64,000 nucleotides of DNA from Mobula hypostoma (lineage: Eukaryota), in the NCBI RefSeq assembly GCF_963921235.1, contig NC_086098.1, positions 236,902,001 to 236,966,000 of the forward strand, in the 5' to 3' direction. Below the pieces are notes generated by a model. The model did not search any database and was not told the origin of the DNA. It was given only the letters and a program-made list of their open reading frames with translations. The translations under genes and the position numbers were made by a program. Shown piece after piece: positions 62,112 to 64,000 of the stretch. The first letter of the stretch is position 1. Every line of letters begins with the position of its first letter.

Positions 62112-62310
62112 NCAGAGAGCTAGAGACAGAGGCAGACAGAAAGATAGAGGGAGACAGACAGAGACAGACAGACAGAGTGAGACAGAGATACAGAGAGACA
62201 GACACAGAGACACAGTGAGACAGAGAAACAGAGAGAGAAAGAGAGAGAGAGAGGGAGAGAGAGAGACAGAGAGAGACAGAGAGGGATAGAGAGAGAGAGA
62301 TGAAATAGAC
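62112..62310. repeat. (GA)n/(GACA)n microsatellite next to the gap
   Basis: Read directly. Confidence 0.95.
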
Positions 62311-62516
62311 TGACGGACAGATATTAGAATAATCCTAAGAGGCACAGGCAATCGAAAGAATCAAAGAGATAGACAGATAGGCAGGGGAGAAGAGAACAAG
62401 TTTACAGATAGATTAAAGAAAGATCGCGGGGTTACTACCATCTACCACACTCAATTCCCGGGGTACCCACCGTTCTCTGAAGTCCCCCACTTAACCCATA
62501 GTGACAGCATGCACCC

Positions 62517-62845
62517 TCTTTTTTTTTGTAATGTATTTTTTATTGAATTTCATCATCAAAAAAACATTGGCATAAGACGTATTTGAGATACTATACATAT
62601 ATATCATATAAACATATTTGTCACAAATCTCCACATAATATTTATCTGAGGTATACACTTATAGAACAGAAAGGGAAGAAAGAACAATCGAAAGAAGAAA
62701 ACTATGTACAGAGTAGGGAGTGATCTTTTTTATTTACAACATATTCATTGACTTGTGAGAATAAAATCAGGCCTATGAGGTGTTATGTAGTTAAACCATT
62801 TTTCCAGTATGAATAAAATTGTTCCAACTTATGATTAACAGATGC
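62517..62845 (-). mobile_element. L1-like LINE 3' end with poly(A)
   Basis: T-run at ~62517-62528 with an AT-rich 3' UTR. The minus strand reads HKLEQFYSYW, resembling an L1 ORF2 C-terminus. Confidence 0.45.
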
Positions 62846-63431
62846 TGTTAATCCACACAAGATTCAAACCCAGGCCACACAAGATTCAAACCCAGGTATT
62901 CTTTTGGGGACTCTTTATTTGCGTGACACAGAGAGCAATCCCTTTACGGAGCAATGGCTTCGCTTAAATTCAGTACACGCATCCTCTTTATAGATGTTTC
63001 TAACAGGTAGGGGCTTGTTCAACATTTCCATATTTGGTATTGCTCTAAGCAAGCTACAGGGAAATAAACAAGTCACGTAGGCTCGTAGGCTAACAGTACT
63101 AGACTAGAGAAGATTACCCCGTGGTCTTGTGTTTACAGCAGTAGCCTAAAGGGCAGCACGACGATTCTCTGCTGATCCAAGCATTAAGCAATACAGACAG
63201 GCAATTCTATAGTCTCACAAAGGTATTTACCTGATTCAGTTGGCAAAAGTCTTCCAAAGCCCCTTCCTTTTTGATCATTGTGATCAATTCTCCTCCTCGA
63301 AAGAAGAGGGTTTATATGCAGGGGGAGGGACGGAGGAACGCATGCCCAGACAGGCTTTCTCATCATACTCCGTATCGTTGGTCTCTCTCTTCTCGGGTCC
63401 CTTGGTTAACTGGGGGAAATATAATGTTTCA
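62846..63431 (-). mobile_element. Probable solo LTR
   Basis: TG...CA termini, CATATAAA box at ~63310-63318 and AATAAA at ~62905 on minus, 22-bp tandem duplication at 62854-62897. No TSD confirmed. Confidence 0.5.
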
Positions 63432-64000
63432 TAGAACATAGAACATAGAACATAGAATAGTACAGCACAGTACAGGCCCTTCGGCCCACAATGTTGTGCC
63501 GACCCTCAAACCCTGCCTCCCATATAAGCCCCCAACTTAAATTCCTCCATATACCTGTCCAGTAGTCTCTCAAATTTCACTAGTGTATCTTCCTCCACCA
63601 CTGACTCAGGCAGTGCATTCCATGCACCAACCACTCTGAGTAAAAATCTTACTCTACTATCCCCCTTGAACTTCCCACCCCTTACCTTAAAGCCATGTCC
63701 TCTTGTATTGAGCAGTGGTGCCCTGGGAAAGAGGTGCTGGCTATCCCCTCTATCTATTCCTCTTATTATCTTGTACACCTCTATCATGTCTCCTCTCATC
63801 CTCCTTCTCTCCAAAGAGTAAAGCCATAGCTCCCTTAATTTCTGAACATAATGCATACTCTCTAAACCAGGCAGCATCCTGGTAAATCTGCTCTGTACCC
63901 TTTCCAATGCTTCCACATCCTTCCTATAGTGAGGCGACCAGAACTGGACAGAATTTAGCCTAACCAGAGTTGTATAGAGCTGCATCATAACATCGCAACT
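63431..64000 (-). mobile_element. CR1 3' end
   Basis: ORF 63506-63988 (QFWSPHYRKDVEALERVQ...VVGAWNALP) with an (atagaac)n tail. Confidence 0.92.

Noticed and set aside
1-64000. CRISPR arrays, rRNA, tRNA genes and non-Ig host genes
   Set aside because: None seen. tRNA-like sequence is limited to SINE heads and the PBS, and the other long ORFs are retroelement-derived or antisense shadows.

Overview
Repeat-rich cartilaginous-fish genomic DNA, probably from a ray or skate. It carries three head-to-tail immunoglobulin light-chain clusters on the minus strand, which I assign from recalled sequences to the sigma-cart isotype (type I / NS5 / sigma-2). Cluster 1 (leader 9549-9597, pre-joined VJ 9069-9428, C 7521-7792) has an intact but divergent VJ with a long acidic CDR2. 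Its C exon has a 10-nt deletion that stops the chain just after the second Cys. Cluster 2 has a doubly deleted C pseudo-exon (32838-33085) and a barely recognisable VJ relic near 34.0-34.2 kb. Cluster 3 (leader 53574-53622, pre-joined VJ 53084-53443, C 51584-51912) has a stop in V and a broken C splice acceptor, although its C reading frame is open. I saw no canonical recombination signals. Non-coding flanks are shared among the three clusters. The remainder is retroelements: many CR1 LINEs (one nearly full length), a Gmr1-like Gypsy element with a Penelope-like element inside its 5' LTR, Rex1, RTE and L1 fragments, SINEs, solo LTRs and microsatellites. A ~1 kb local duplication abuts a 235-N gap. 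Exon, TSD and motif coordinates were counted base by base; TE boundaries are approximate. No database searches were run.
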